A stretch of DNA of 64,000 nt from NCBI GenBank assembly GCA_965247095.1, contig OZ251997.1, positions 4,000,001-4,064,000 on the forward strand. The letters run 5' to 3'. Every line of letters begins with the position of its first letter. Positions within the stretch are counted from its first letter, which is position 1. A program made the position numbers and the translations under genes. This document shows positions 29,635-39,032 of the stretch, piece after piece. The notes below the pieces were generated by a model, which did no database searches, was not told the DNA's origin, and worked only from the letters and a program-made list of their open reading frames with translations. Origin of the DNA: Candidatus Multivorans sp. (GTDB lineage Bacteria; Acidobacteriota; Thermoanaerobaculia; Multivoradales; Multivoraceae).

Positions 29635-31407
29635 TCAGTTGCCGCTGGCGGTGACGGTGCGGTTGGCGCCGCCTTGGGGCACGCCGTAGTACGAAAGGAC
29701 GCCGTCGACGATGGCCTCGGCGACCCGCTGCCGGTAGGCGCGGGTCTTCATCAGGCGCCGGTCCTGCTCGTTGCCCAGGTTGCAGACCTCGAGCAGGATC
29801 TTGGCCGGTACCCGGTTGAAGCGGATCTGTGCCGGCACGTAGGCCCTGCGCCGGACGATCCGGTCACGGACCGGCCCGTTGTGATGAATCGCCAGGTCGG
29901 AGTCTCTGAAGCTGGCCAGTAGGTGCTCGGCCAGGTCGCGGGACAGTCCCCTGCTGGTGGTCCGTTCGTTGCGCGTGAAGGACACTCGCGGTTCAGCTCT
30001 GACTTCCCGGCGGGACGTGTAGGGCGCTCCGGTCTTGCCGTAGTTGTTGGTGATGCCGACCAATCCCGGGATGTACACCATGGCCCCCCGCAGGGAGTGG
30101 TGCAGCGAGTCGGCGTGAATCGAGATGAAGATCACCTGGCCGGGCTCGACGCCGGCCTTCCGCCGTTGCTGGTAGACCCAGTTCGCAAGGTACCAGCGGA
30201 AGTTCGTGCCCACCGCCGCGTTGTCGATCCGGTAGGGCGGATTGGTGAGTACGGCGTGGCCACGGGACTGCGGCAGCACGTCGGCGTCGGCGATCCGGAA
30301 CGTCGAGCCCTCGCGCGTCGTCGGTACGACGGCGGCGGCGGTGCGGCTCTCCAGCACTCTCTTGGTCCGCAGCATGATGTCGTAGACGTAGTTGCTCTCC
30401 CAGAGCCCGCCGACCGGCGCGCCGATGTCACGGCCGCCGTGGCCGGCGTCGAGCACCACGGTCACGCCGTCGAGGTCGAGCGCCAGCACCTCGTTCTCGA
30501 TCTGCTCGCCGGCGGCGCGTTGCGCCTCCCACTCCACGCGGCGCGGATGGTCCGGGGGCAGGTAGCGCGCCGAAAGCAGGTCGACCGGGATCTTGACTTC
30601 GTATCCGACCGGCAGATCCCTGACATTGCCGATCTCGTTGCGCTGCTTGATCTCCCGCACCAGCTCGTTCACGTCCGGGGCGTGCAGACGGCCGGTGAAC
30701 CGCATGACGACACTCGAGTAGAGGGCCTCGCCCGCCTTCAGGCGGTAGGTCGCATACTCGCCCTTCCCGTCCGACCCGTAGCTGACGAAGGGTGTCGCCT
30801 CGCTACTGGAGCGGATGGCCGCCGTCCGGGGCGCGGCCGCGGGCAACATGCCGGCGAAGGGTGCGGCGAGGACGCGGCGCGGGACGAGGATCACCTGTCC
30901 CGGCCGGATGACGTTGCTTGTCAGACCGTTCGCTTGCCGCAGCACCCGGTGGTTCTCGCCGGCGCCGGTGAACCACTCCGCGATGCTCCACAGGCTTTCT
31001 GCATCCCGGCTGCGCGAGGAAGACGCGACCTGGTGCTTCCAACCCTCCGCGGTTGCCTGGTCCTTGGGCAACAGGGCGCGGATCGCTGCCTGCTGGCTTC
31101 GTTCGGGGAGCAGATCGAAGGGAACCTTGTACCGGACTCCCCGCTTGAGGCGCCGCACGCCGCCGTTGGCCCGGCTGAGCGCGGAGGAGTGCCTCGAGCT
31201 GCCGCAGAGCCGTTTCGCGAAGGCGAGCAGGCCTTCGTTCGCGCGCGGCTTCGCCTCGATGTGGATCTTGCCGTGCCGGGTCATCACGGCGACCGGTGTC
31301 GGCGATCCGATCTCGGGCACTGCGACGCGCTTCGTCGCCGCGGCCGCCACGGTGGGCAGGAGAATGGCGAAAGCCGCGGCGCAGACAATGGCGGTGCGGG
31401 TCCTCAT
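29635..31407 (-). CDS. N-acetylmuramoyl-L-alanine amidase (Amidase_3) with LysM-like domains
   Basis: Signal peptide, LysM-like SLWSIA...IRPGQVILVP, VLDAGHGG, ISIHAD, ILLEV. Confidence 0.88.
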   Translation of the reverse strand: MRTRTAIVCAAAFAILLPTVAAAATKRVAVPEIGSPTPVAVMTRHGKIHIEAKPRANEGLLAFAKRLCGSSRHSSALSRANGGVRRLKRGVRYKVPFDLLPERSQQAAIRALLPKDQATAEGWKHQVASSSRSRDAESLWSIAEWFTGAGENHRVLRQANGLTSNVIRPGQVILVPRRVLAAPFAGMLPAAAPRTAAIRSSSEATPFVSYGSDGKGEYATYRLKAGEALYSSVVMRFTGRLHAPDVNELVREIKQRNEIGNVRDLPVGYEVKIPVDLLSARYLPPDHPRRVEWEAQRAAGEQIENEVLALDLDGVTVVLDAGHGGRDIGAPVGGLWESNYVYDIMLRTKRVLESRTAAAVVPTTREGSTFRIADADVLPQSRGHAVLTNPPYRIDNAAVGTNFRWYLANWVYQQRRKAGVEPGQVIFISIHADSLHHSLRGAMVYIPGLVGITNNYGKTGAPYTSRREVRAEPRVSFTRNERTTSRGLSRDLAEHLLASFRDSDLAIHHNGPVRDRIVRRRAYVPAQIRFNRVPAKILLEVCNLGNEQDRRLMKTRAYRQRVAEAIVDGVLSYYGVPQGGANRTVTASGN

Positions 31408-32864
31408 GGAATCGCCTCCGGGCTGCACTCGAAACCGATCGTGAGTTCGACCGCCCTTGCCGCCCGCAGAGCCATGGCGTCGGCGAAGGGCGGGGCCAGG
31501 ATTTGGAGACCGAGGGGAAGCCCGCGGCTGTCCAGGCCGCAGGGCACCGAGACCCCGGGAATCCCGACCAGGCTGGGCGGCGTGGTGAAGACATCAGACA
31601 GGTACATGGCCAATGGATCGTCGACCCGCTCGCCGCGGGCGAAGGCGCCGGAGGGGCAGGTCGGAGTCACCAGGAGGTCGACGGCCTCGAAGGCGCTGGC
31701 GAACTGCTGCCCCATGGCCTCGGCGATGCGCGCGGCGCGGCCGTAGTAGGCGTCGTAGTAGCCGGAGGACAGCGCGAACGTGCCCAGGATGATCCGGCGC
31801 TTGACCTCGCTGCCGAAGCCCTCGCTCCGGCTGTCGGTGTACATCCTCTGGAGGGAACGGGCGCCTTCGGCTCGGTGTCCATAGCGGCTGCCGTCGAAGC
31901 GGGCCAGGTTCGCGCTGGCTTCGCTATTGGCGAGCACGTAGTACGTCGCGACCGCGGCGTCGATCAACGGAACGCTCACCTCGACCAGCTCGGCGCCGGC
32001 CGTCTCGAGCGCACTGATCGCCTGCTGGTAGCCCTCTGCTGCGTCCTCGTCGAGCGCCGAGGTCCTGACTTCGCGGATCGTGCCGACCTTCAGACCCTCG
32101 ATGCCTTCTTCGATCGATTCGAGGTAGTCCTCCACCGGGAGTTCGCTGCAGGTCGAATCGCGGGGGTCGGGGCCGGCGATGGCGCCGAGCGCCAGCGCGG
32201 CGTCACGTACCGTGCGGGTGAGCGGTCCGATCTGGTCGAGAGACGAAGCGAAGGCGACCAGGCCGTAGCGGGAAACGCGGCCGTAGGTTGGCTTGACGCC
32301 CACGACGCCGCAGAAGGCGGCCGGTTGCCGGATCGAGCCCCCGGTATCGGAGCCCAGGGCGAGCGGCACCTCGGTGGCCGCGACCGCGGCTGCCGAACCG
32401 CCGCTCGAACCGCCGGGCGCCATGTCCAGATTCCAGGGATTGCAGGTGACGGCCAGCCCTGAGTTCTCGCACGAAGAACCCATCGCGAACTCGTCCATGT
32501 TCACGCGGCCGATGGGCACTGCGTCGGCAGCCAGCAGGCGCTCGACAGCACCGGCGGTGTAGGGCGCGCGGTAGCCGGAGAGAATCCGGGAGCCGCAGTT
32601 CAGTTCGTGTCCGGCCAGCGAGAGGTTGTCCTTGAGCGCAGTCGGGAGGCCGGCCAGAGTGCCGAGTGATTCGCCGGAATCCCTGCGCCGGTCGATGTCG
32701 GTTGCGCGTTCGGCCGCCGGTTCCCGCCAGAGTTCGAGGAACGCTCCCACCGAAGCGTCGACCTCGTCGATGCGGGCGAATGCCTGCTCGACCGTCTCGA
32801 CCGCTGTTCGTTCGCCCGAACGGACGGCGGCTGCCAGCGCTTCGGCGGTCACGGTCGGCCTCAC
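31404..32864 (-). CDS. gatA: Asp/Glu-tRNA amidotransferase subunit A
   Basis: KDN, NMDEFAMGSS, GGSSGGS, GSDTGGSIRQP, EVKRRIILG. Confidence 0.97.
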   Translation of the reverse strand: MRPTVTAEALAAAVRSGERTAVETVEQAFARIDEVDASVGAFLELWREPAAERATDIDRRRDSGESLGTLAGLPTALKDNLSLAGHELNCGSRILSGYRAPYTAGAVERLLAADAVPIGRVNMDEFAMGSSCENSGLAVTCNPWNLDMAPGGSSGGSAAAVAATEVPLALGSDTGGSIRQPAAFCGVVGVKPTYGRVSRYGLVAFASSLDQIGPLTRTVRDAALALGAIAGPDPRDSTCSELPVEDYLESIEEGIEGLKVGTIREVRTSALDEDAAEGYQQAISALETAGAELVEVSVPLIDAAVATYYVLANSEASANLARFDGSRYGHRAEGARSLQRMYTDSRSEGFGSEVKRRIILGTFALSSGYYDAYYGRAARIAEAMGQQFASAFEAVDLLVTPTCPSGAFARGERVDDPLAMYLSDVFTTPPSLVGIPGVSVPCGLDSRGLPLGLQILAPPFADAMALRAARAVELTIGFECSPEAIP

Positions 32865-33166
32865 TCTGCGCCGCCGGGCGTCGCCTTGACCTGGGGCACC
32901 AGAAGGAAGCGGTCGAGGGATGCGGGTGCGTTGTCCAGAAAGTCGTCGAGGAGCGGTCGGCCTCCCGCCGGCACGTCGTTGGCGGCGGCATCCTGTTCCG
33001 GGTCGGTGTCGTCCGACGGTGCGGCGCCCGCGTCGAACGTACGAAGCTGGTCGATGTAATCGACGATCTCGGAGAGCTGGGACGCGAACTTCGCTTCCTC
33101 ACCGGCCGAGAGTTGTAGCCTCGCCAGTTCGGCGATCCGCCGAAGCTCCTCGACATCCAGAGACAC
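32861..33166 (-). CDS. gatC: Asp/Glu-tRNA amidotransferase subunit C
   Basis: RIAELARL, IVDYIDQL, NAP....FLLVPQV; upstream of gatA. Confidence 0.92.
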   Translation of the reverse strand: MSLDVEELRRIAELARLQLSAGEEAKFASQLSEIVDYIDQLRTFDAGAAPSDDTDPEQDAAANDVPAGGRPLLDDFLDNAPASLDRFLLVPQVKATPGGAE

Positions 33167-33302
33167 TTCGCTATAAGTCTAGCATTCCCCGCGATTGCGC
33201 GGCAGAAACCGGGTGCTGCTGCCCTTCTGGCCGGATGCGGCGCAAAACGCCGGCCCTCGGGAGTTTTACCGCGTTGCGGGGAGCCAAGGCACGGAGCGCA
33301 CG

Positions 33303-33448
33303 CTTGCATGGAACAAACCCCTCGTCCTGGCCGGCCCTTCGTGCCTAATGCGGGCGAGACGCCCGCGTTCCCCAGGGCGGACCGAAGTAGCGACCACGCT
33401 CTTACGGTGTTCCCTGCGCGACAGCGCAGCGATACCGCTGTGGGTACT
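33303..33448 (-). mobile_element. Putative ~145-bp non-autonomous IS110 derivative carrying a REP-like palindrome
   Basis: Begins CTTGCATGGAACAAAC like the IS end and ends with the same terminal 40 bp as the full IS. Confidence 0.6.
33348..33377. repeat. REP-like palindrome ATGCGGGCGAGACGCCCGCGTTCCCCAGGG
   Basis: Related copies near 15197-15215, 18035-18053 and 51986-52003. Confidence 0.75.
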
Positions 33449-33500
33449 TGCATGGAACAAACTGATGCTGGTTCCTTTTGGGTGAAGCGGATTCCGGGAT

Positions 33501-34820
33501 TCAGGCGGCTTGTTCAACGGCCACGAGCTTCAGGTTGAGGCGTCTGGCCTGTCGCTGGAGGTTCTTGAGTTGGCGTTCGCGCCGGACGGCCTCCATTTCG
33601 GCGAGGTCGCGTTCGACGTACTCTTCGCCGTGCGTGAGCATGGCGAAGATCATGCGGCCGAGCTGGTGGGCGGTTGCCTTGACCGCCCTCGCGGTGTCCA
33701 TGCGGTGCATTCGGCGTCGGTGGGATGCGCCGATGGCGGTCTTGCTGTTGCGGGCGGTGGTTGCGGCCATTCGCAGCGCCTGGCCGACCCGGTTGGTGTG
33801 TTGTCTGGGCTTGCCTTTGAGGCGTTTGTCGCCGCTGATGTTGGTCGGCGGAGCCAGACACAGCCACGAGCAGAAGTTGCCCTGCGAGGGAAACCGGGAC
33901 AGGTCCGGGCCGATCTCAGCGGCAAACGTCAGCGCCGTTTCGACGCCAATGGTCGGGATGGCGACCAGGTCCACTCCGAGCATGCGGTGCAGCCGCTGGC
34001 GCAGGGCGTGCTCGCGGACCTTCGAGTCCGGCGGCGAAGCCTCCCCTGCGCCGTCCTCAGCCAGCTTGTCGAGTTCGGCGTCGATGCGCTCCTCGCACAT
34101 CTCGATCTGGCCCTGCAGCATGTCGTGGCGCGCCAGCGCCTGCCTGAGGGCGAACAGATGCTCGTCGCGCCAATTGCCCTCGAGACTCGCTGCGATCGTC
34201 GCCGCGCTCGCCTTGCACCGGCCGTCACGGTGGCGGGCCAGCACCTCGCCGTCCCGCTCGCCGGCGACGATCGCGCGCACGATGAGCTGGCCGGTCTTGC
34301 CCATGATGTCGCTGAGCACGTTGTCCAACTGCACGTTCATCTGCAGGAGCGCCTTCTGAACGTGCTGCACCGAACGGCTGCGGTCGCGGATCAACTGCCC
34401 GCGCTGACGCGTATAGGAACGCAGCGGGCACAGCGCGTCCGGCGCACGAAACGCGCTCCGCAGCAACCCGTAGCTCATCAACTGCCGGATCCACTGACAG
34501 TCCAACACGTCGCTCTTGCGACCGCTCACCTGCTTCGTCGCCTTCGGATTCACCAGGTAGACCTCGAAACCCGCACGGTCGAGCACCTCGAACACCGGGA
34601 TCCAGTACACGCCCGTGGACTCCAACGCCACCTGCCGCACGCCGTGCGCCTCAAGCCACGACGCCATCGCCTCAAGATCGCGTGTGAACGACCCGAAGCT
34701 GCACACCGGGCGCTCGAAACGCGACGGGTCCACCGCCACGTAGTGCTTGCGCTTGCCCACGTCGATCCCCGCACAATCCGGGTGAACGACCTCCAGACTC
34801 TCCGCCTTCCTGCTCGCCAT
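33501..34820 (-). CDS. IS110-family transposase/recombinase
   Basis: AGIDVGK, ALESTGVYW, RKSDVLD (DEDD), C-terminal ISG serine; SD AGGAGG. Confidence 0.96.
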   Translation of the reverse strand: MASRKAESLEVVHPDCAGIDVGKRKHYVAVDPSRFERPVCSFGSFTRDLEAMASWLEAHGVRQVALESTGVYWIPVFEVLDRAGFEVYLVNPKATKQVSGRKSDVLDCQWIRQLMSYGLLRSAFRAPDALCPLRSYTRQRGQLIRDRSRSVQHVQKALLQMNVQLDNVLSDIMGKTGQLIVRAIVAGERDGEVLARHRDGRCKASAATIAASLEGNWRDEHLFALRQALARHDMLQGQIEMCEERIDAELDKLAEDGAGEASPPDSKVREHALRQRLHRMLGVDLVAIPTIGVETALTFAAEIGPDLSRFPSQGNFCSWLCLAPPTNISGDKRLKGKPRQHTNRVGQALRMAATTARNSKTAIGASHRRRMHRMDTARAVKATAHQLGRMIFAMLTHGEEYVERDLAEMEAVRRERQLKNLQRQARRLNLKLVAVEQAA

Positions 34821-34847
34821 CTCCAGCACCTCCTGTACGATTCAAAT

Positions 34848-35010
34848 GGTCGCGCTGGACAGAGACCGCGGCGGAAACGTCACTCTTGCATACGGGGTCG
34901 CGGCAAAAGCTGCGCCGCCAGCGTCAGAACGCCGATCACGGTCCGGGCCAAACTTGCATTGCGGGTGCGAACACACCAGTGCTTCGACGGCCTCGCTGCC
35001 CAGCGCGACC
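34848..35010 (-). ncRNA. Putative IS110 bridge (guide) RNA
   Basis: 15-bp closing stem (34996-35010 with 34848-34862), two internal hairpins each flanked by a ..CT guide and ATGCAAG; TTCTGC-17-TAGAGT promoter-like motif just upstream. Confidence 0.7.
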
Positions 35011-35151
35011 CAACTCTACGCATCCTGCAACGACCGCAGAATCCACCACCCGTTCCCTGCGCGACAGCGCAGCGATACCGCTGTGGGTACTTGCATGGAA
35101 CAATCCCTGTTCCCTGTGCGTCAGCGCGGCGCGGACGCCGCGACTCGACTC

Positions 35152-37227
35152 CTAGGCCTGCGTCAGGCTGGCGGCTTCGAGGTTCTCGATCGCCTGCAGG
35201 GTGAAAGTCTCGCCATCCATCTCGACCTCGGCGCCGGGCTCGGAGCCGAGCAGCTTGACGGCGAGGTCGGACTCGTACGAGATGATTCCGCGCTCGGGTG
35301 CGCTTTCCCAGGGGCCGAGGATGGCCAGAGTGCGCTGTTCGCCCCTTTCCGACTCGAAGACCGCCCGGTTGCCGATGCGGAGCTTGTCGCAGGCCGCGGC
35401 GGCGATGTCAATCGGCGTGGAGCGCTGCAGATCCTGCTGCAGTTGCGTGGCTATCGAAGTCAGATACTCGTGGCGTTGACGGGCCGCCTTGTACTCGAAG
35501 TTCTCGCGCAGGTCGCCGAGTGCGCGCGCTTCTTCGATCGCTCTGCGATTGGCTGGCAGCTCCTTCCCGGCCAGCTCCCGCAGTCTCTCGCGCTTTTCTG
35601 CGATTGAGGCCGGCAGGGCGTAGAGATCGCTGTGGTCGGTGTCCTGGTCGGCCACCAGATCGGGGAACTTCAGGTGCAGTGCCGCGAGCAGAGGCTCACG
35701 CCGGTAGTCCTCGAGCGCCGCGTGACGGATCGAGACGTCGGCTTGCCGGGCCTCTTCCAGGGTCAGTTCGGGCAGCAGCTTCGGGACCGTGCCGCCGGAG
35801 TCGAAGAGGGCCTTGAGGCGGAGTCGGAACGGGGCGAAGGCCTCGTGCCTCAGGGAGTGGATCAACAGGTTGAGGAGGCGGCTCTGCCGCCCGGCGCGGA
35901 GTGCCGGCTCGGCCGCGGCGCCCTCCGCGAGCCAGGTGAAGGCCGCTGGCGTGCGATGCGGCTGAACTTGGGCGCGCGCGGCGCAGCGGCGCAGCAGATC
36001 CTCGTCGATCAGGCCGGCGATCGTGCCGATCGCCTTCGTGTCGGTCTCCAGGAGGAAACGCTTCTCAAGCACTTCGCGCCAGTCGCTGCGACAGTCGGGC
36101 AGGAGGGTGTATGCCTGCTCGCGTGGACCGCGCTGCTCGATCGACGAGAAGAAGTCCAACGGATCCTCCAGGTTGGCCAGGAGTTCCTCCGCGGGCCATG
36201 AGGGCTCGGCGCCGAACCGCTCCAGTGCGCAGCGAATCTCGAACGCGAGCGCCGGCTGCTTACCGGTCAGGCGCTGGCCCAGGTCGTCCAGGAAGGCCGC
36301 CATCCGATCCCGCAGCTCCTGCGACTGATTCGCCGCTCGCCGCAGCAGGGGGACCTTGGCGCGGTTCGGCGCCCGCCTGAACTCCTGCCAGAGCGAACTC
36401 TCGGCGTCGGTCGCTTCGACCCAACGATAGGTCTGCCGGGATCCGCCGGACGACAGGACCTGCGCCTGCTTCCGCGCGCTGGTCCACCAACTCGACCAGC
36501 GTCGCTCGGGGATGATGCCGACCACGATGGCCCGCACCTCGGCCCCCGTCAGCGGGCGGTCGTAACTCTTGAGCGTCTGCTCAAGCAGCTTTGGCGGCTT
36601 CAACGTCGCCAGTTGCTCCGGTTCTTCGAGCTTCCGTCGCAGCACATGCTTCGGGGGCAGCAGGGTGAGCATCTTGCCGGCGGCCCGGAAGCCGACCGCG
36701 ACTCCCTTCGCCTTCTCGAGGTCGACCTTGAAGGTCTGCAGCGGCATGTTCACCTGGGCGATGCGGCCGACTCCTCGGGCCGTCATCTCGACGATGTCGC
36801 CGCGCTCGAATGCCATCAGGTTGCGGAGCCGGTCCACCTTGTCCCAGAGCTTGAGCGTCTCCTGCCGTCCCCGGTCCAGGTCCAGTTCGTGGAGCAACTC
36901 GTTCAGATCGGACTCGCGGTCCCGGTAGAGCTCGTGCAGAGTCTCGAGAACGGTCTCATAGACCTGGCCGCTGCGCAGATACCTGCCGCCGGCGCCGCGG
37001 ATCAGGTCCAGGCGGTCCGCCCACAGGCCGCGCTCCTGCAGTTGGTCGTCGAGCAGTTCGAGCAGTGTGCCTACACGCTCCGCTTCGCCGAGTCGAACCA
37101 GCCCACTGGTGATGGCGAGGAAGGCGTCGACCGCGATCGCTCCCTCGACCGCGGCCAGCCACTCTGCCTCGACTGCGTCGATGTCACCGCTGGCGAGGCT
37201 GTCTTGAATGCGTTGCGGGATCCTCAT
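35152..37227 (-). CDS. Long GreA/GreB-domain transcription factor
   Basis: C-terminal EARALGDLRENFEYKAA and ILGPWES...IISYES; ~540-aa N-terminal extension; ATG 37227. Confidence 0.88.
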   Translation of the reverse strand: MRIPQRIQDSLASGDIDAVEAEWLAAVEGAIAVDAFLAITSGLVRLGEAERVGTLLELLDDQLQERGLWADRLDLIRGAGGRYLRSGQVYETVLETLHELYRDRESDLNELLHELDLDRGRQETLKLWDKVDRLRNLMAFERGDIVEMTARGVGRIAQVNMPLQTFKVDLEKAKGVAVGFRAAGKMLTLLPPKHVLRRKLEEPEQLATLKPPKLLEQTLKSYDRPLTGAEVRAIVVGIIPERRWSSWWTSARKQAQVLSSGGSRQTYRWVEATDAESSLWQEFRRAPNRAKVPLLRRAANQSQELRDRMAAFLDDLGQRLTGKQPALAFEIRCALERFGAEPSWPAEELLANLEDPLDFFSSIEQRGPREQAYTLLPDCRSDWREVLEKRFLLETDTKAIGTIAGLIDEDLLRRCAARAQVQPHRTPAAFTWLAEGAAAEPALRAGRQSRLLNLLIHSLRHEAFAPFRLRLKALFDSGGTVPKLLPELTLEEARQADVSIRHAALEDYRREPLLAALHLKFPDLVADQDTDHSDLYALPASIAEKRERLRELAGKELPANRRAIEEARALGDLRENFEYKAARQRHEYLTSIATQLQQDLQRSTPIDIAAAACDKLRIGNRAVFESERGEQRTLAILGPWESAPERGIISYESDLAVKLLGSEPGAEVEMDGETFTLQAIENLEAASLTQA

Positions 37228-37388
37228 GCGGTCGCGGTCGCGGCGGTGCAAGCGGCGCGTGTGCGGATTGATGATGGTATCAAGCCGGGAAGGAGTTGGG
37301 GACGGCCTCGAAGCGGTGCGAGACTCGGAGTTGGCCGAGTCCCCACCGCACCAGGAGCTTGGGCCGCCGAACCCAGTCCGAGCGTAGT

Positions 37389-38952
37389 CCAATCCTGAAA
37401 TGAGCGTGAACGGGACCGTCATGGAGAGTCGAGTCGGGTCGGTCTCGGGGTAGTTCTGGAGCGGCAGACGGTTCTGCACCGTCTGCCGCCTGCGGTAGCG
37501 CCCGCTGCGAGGCCGCGGCGGGTTACTGGCGTTGTGTTCCGGCCTGGGCCGGTGGTGGTGGGCGGTGTATGGCATCGGGCTGCGCGGTCTGCGGTTCAGG
37601 CGCTCCGGCGCCGGTGGGGATCGGACTCCCGGTCGATGAGTTCAAAGAGTCTGGCACGAGCCAGCTTGAGGGCGCTCGCGGCGTCGAGGTCGCTCGTGGC
37701 GCCGGCCTGGTCTTGGAGGGCGGCGATGGTGACGCCGGGCCTGAGGTACCGCTCCGCGTCCGGCAGGGACTTGAGCTTCTCGAACGGCGTCATGGTGTCC
37801 TGGTAGCGGTAGCGTTTCCTGGTGCGGCCCTTCCTGTCGGTGACCTCGGTGGGAAACAGGCACGGGCGATGGAAGTTGAGGAAGGGGGTGAGCACATCGC
37901 GTGCGAAGACGTTGATCTCGCGGGCGAAGAGCTTGGGGATGTGCCGGTATCCGAACTGGCGCCGGATCACGTTGCCGTTCTTGCTCTCGACCAGGGCGTT
38001 GTCGTTGGTGTGCCGGCTGCGGGACTTGGTGAACTCGGGGACGTGCAGTTGGTTGAGCATCTCGGCGACCTTGCGGTTGATGTACTCGGAGCCGTTGTCG
38101 GCGTGGAAGCCCAGCACCTTGAAGGGGCAGGACTCGATGAGCTCCTTGAGCACCGGCACGAGACACCGTTGGGAGATGGCCCGTACCGTCGCCACGTGCT
38201 CCCACTGCAACACCTCGTCCACGAGGTTGATGTGGTACACGCCCTTCTCGCCGTCTTTGTCCCCCTGATGCACCGTGTCCACCCGCAGGTAGCCCGGCTT
38301 CCCCTCCGGCTGGGGCTTGCGTCGTTCCCCGATCCCGACCGCGGTCGACCGCGTCTTCTTGAACGTCGTCCGGCGCCGCTGGTAGGTGGTCGACTTGCGC
38401 AGGTTGTAGAACTGGCCGTTCGAGATCACAGCCAGACGCTCGAAGCGCTCGTCGCCGTACACCTCGAACTGGCGCCGCATCACCGCCCGCGTGCTGTGAC
38501 CGCACATCTGGCCCAGTGCCGCGTCGACCTCGGCGAGAAGGCCGATGTCGGCCTTCGTGTAACGCCGCCCGAATGCGTGAGGCGGCGCACCGCGGCGGTC
38601 CTCGATGCGGCCCGTCTCCCGGTGCTGCCGGATCAGCCGCGTCAACTGCGACTCGGACTTCCCGGTCATCTTCATCAGGTAGCGCCGAATCATGCCCTTG
38701 TCGCGCCTCACAAGCGCCCGGTAGCGGAACCTGACCAGCGTCTCACGGATGAACTCGTACGTCGATCCGCGGTCCACCACCACGAAGTCCACCGCCTCGT
38801 TGCCGGCCACGAAACTGCGGACCTCACAAAGAGTCTGAAGTCGGCCTGTCTGGAGCGTCACGATCATCCTCCGATGATCCCCGATACCGGCGCTTCACGC
38901 TCACTTCTCGCTGGATTCACGCACCCCGCTCACGCTCACTTCTCGCTGGACA
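37389..38952 (-). mobile_element. ISNCY/IS481-like element, approximate ends
   Basis: TCACGCTCACTTCTCGCTGGA twice at 38896-38950 ending in CA; imperfect inverse TCCAATCCTGAAATGAGCGTGA at 37388-37409. Confidence 0.65.
37596..38867 (-). CDS. Integrase-core (rve) DDE transposase
   Basis: PGYLRVDTVHQG, HADNGSEYIN, NDNALVESKN. Confidence 0.92.
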   Translation of the reverse strand: MIVTLQTGRLQTLCEVRSFVAGNEAVDFVVVDRGSTYEFIRETLVRFRYRALVRRDKGMIRRYLMKMTGKSESQLTRLIRQHRETGRIEDRRGAPPHAFGRRYTKADIGLLAEVDAALGQMCGHSTRAVMRRQFEVYGDERFERLAVISNGQFYNLRKSTTYQRRRTTFKKTRSTAVGIGERRKPQPEGKPGYLRVDTVHQGDKDGEKGVYHINLVDEVLQWEHVATVRAISQRCLVPVLKELIESCPFKVLGFHADNGSEYINRKVAEMLNQLHVPEFTKSRSRHTNDNALVESKNGNVIRRQFGYRHIPKLFAREINVFARDVLTPFLNFHRPCLFPTEVTDRKGRTRKRYRYQDTMTPFEKLKSLPDAERYLRPGVTIAALQDQAGATSDLDAASALKLARARLFELIDRESDPHRRRSA

Positions 38953-39032
38953 GCTCTGTCCGTAGCGTTCTGCGGCGCAAGCTCCTAGAATGGATGGCGT
39001 CGGCCGTGGTCCCGAACAATACCGATGGAGAT

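Larger units (their letters stand above)
33447..35091 (-). mobile_element. IS110-family element (CT core at both junctions)
   Basis: DEDD recombinase gene, long upstream non-coding end, identical 52-bp sequences at 33409-33460 and 35052-35103. Confidence 0.88.

Noticed and set aside
32861-33166. Absence of gatB next to gatCA
   Set aside because: A split gatCA/gatB arrangement is common.
33180-33285. AGCATTCCCC motif (also near 52162 and 54441) with a weak inverted repeat, as a MITE
   Set aside because: Only 10 bp shared and no further similarity between the sites; insufficient support.
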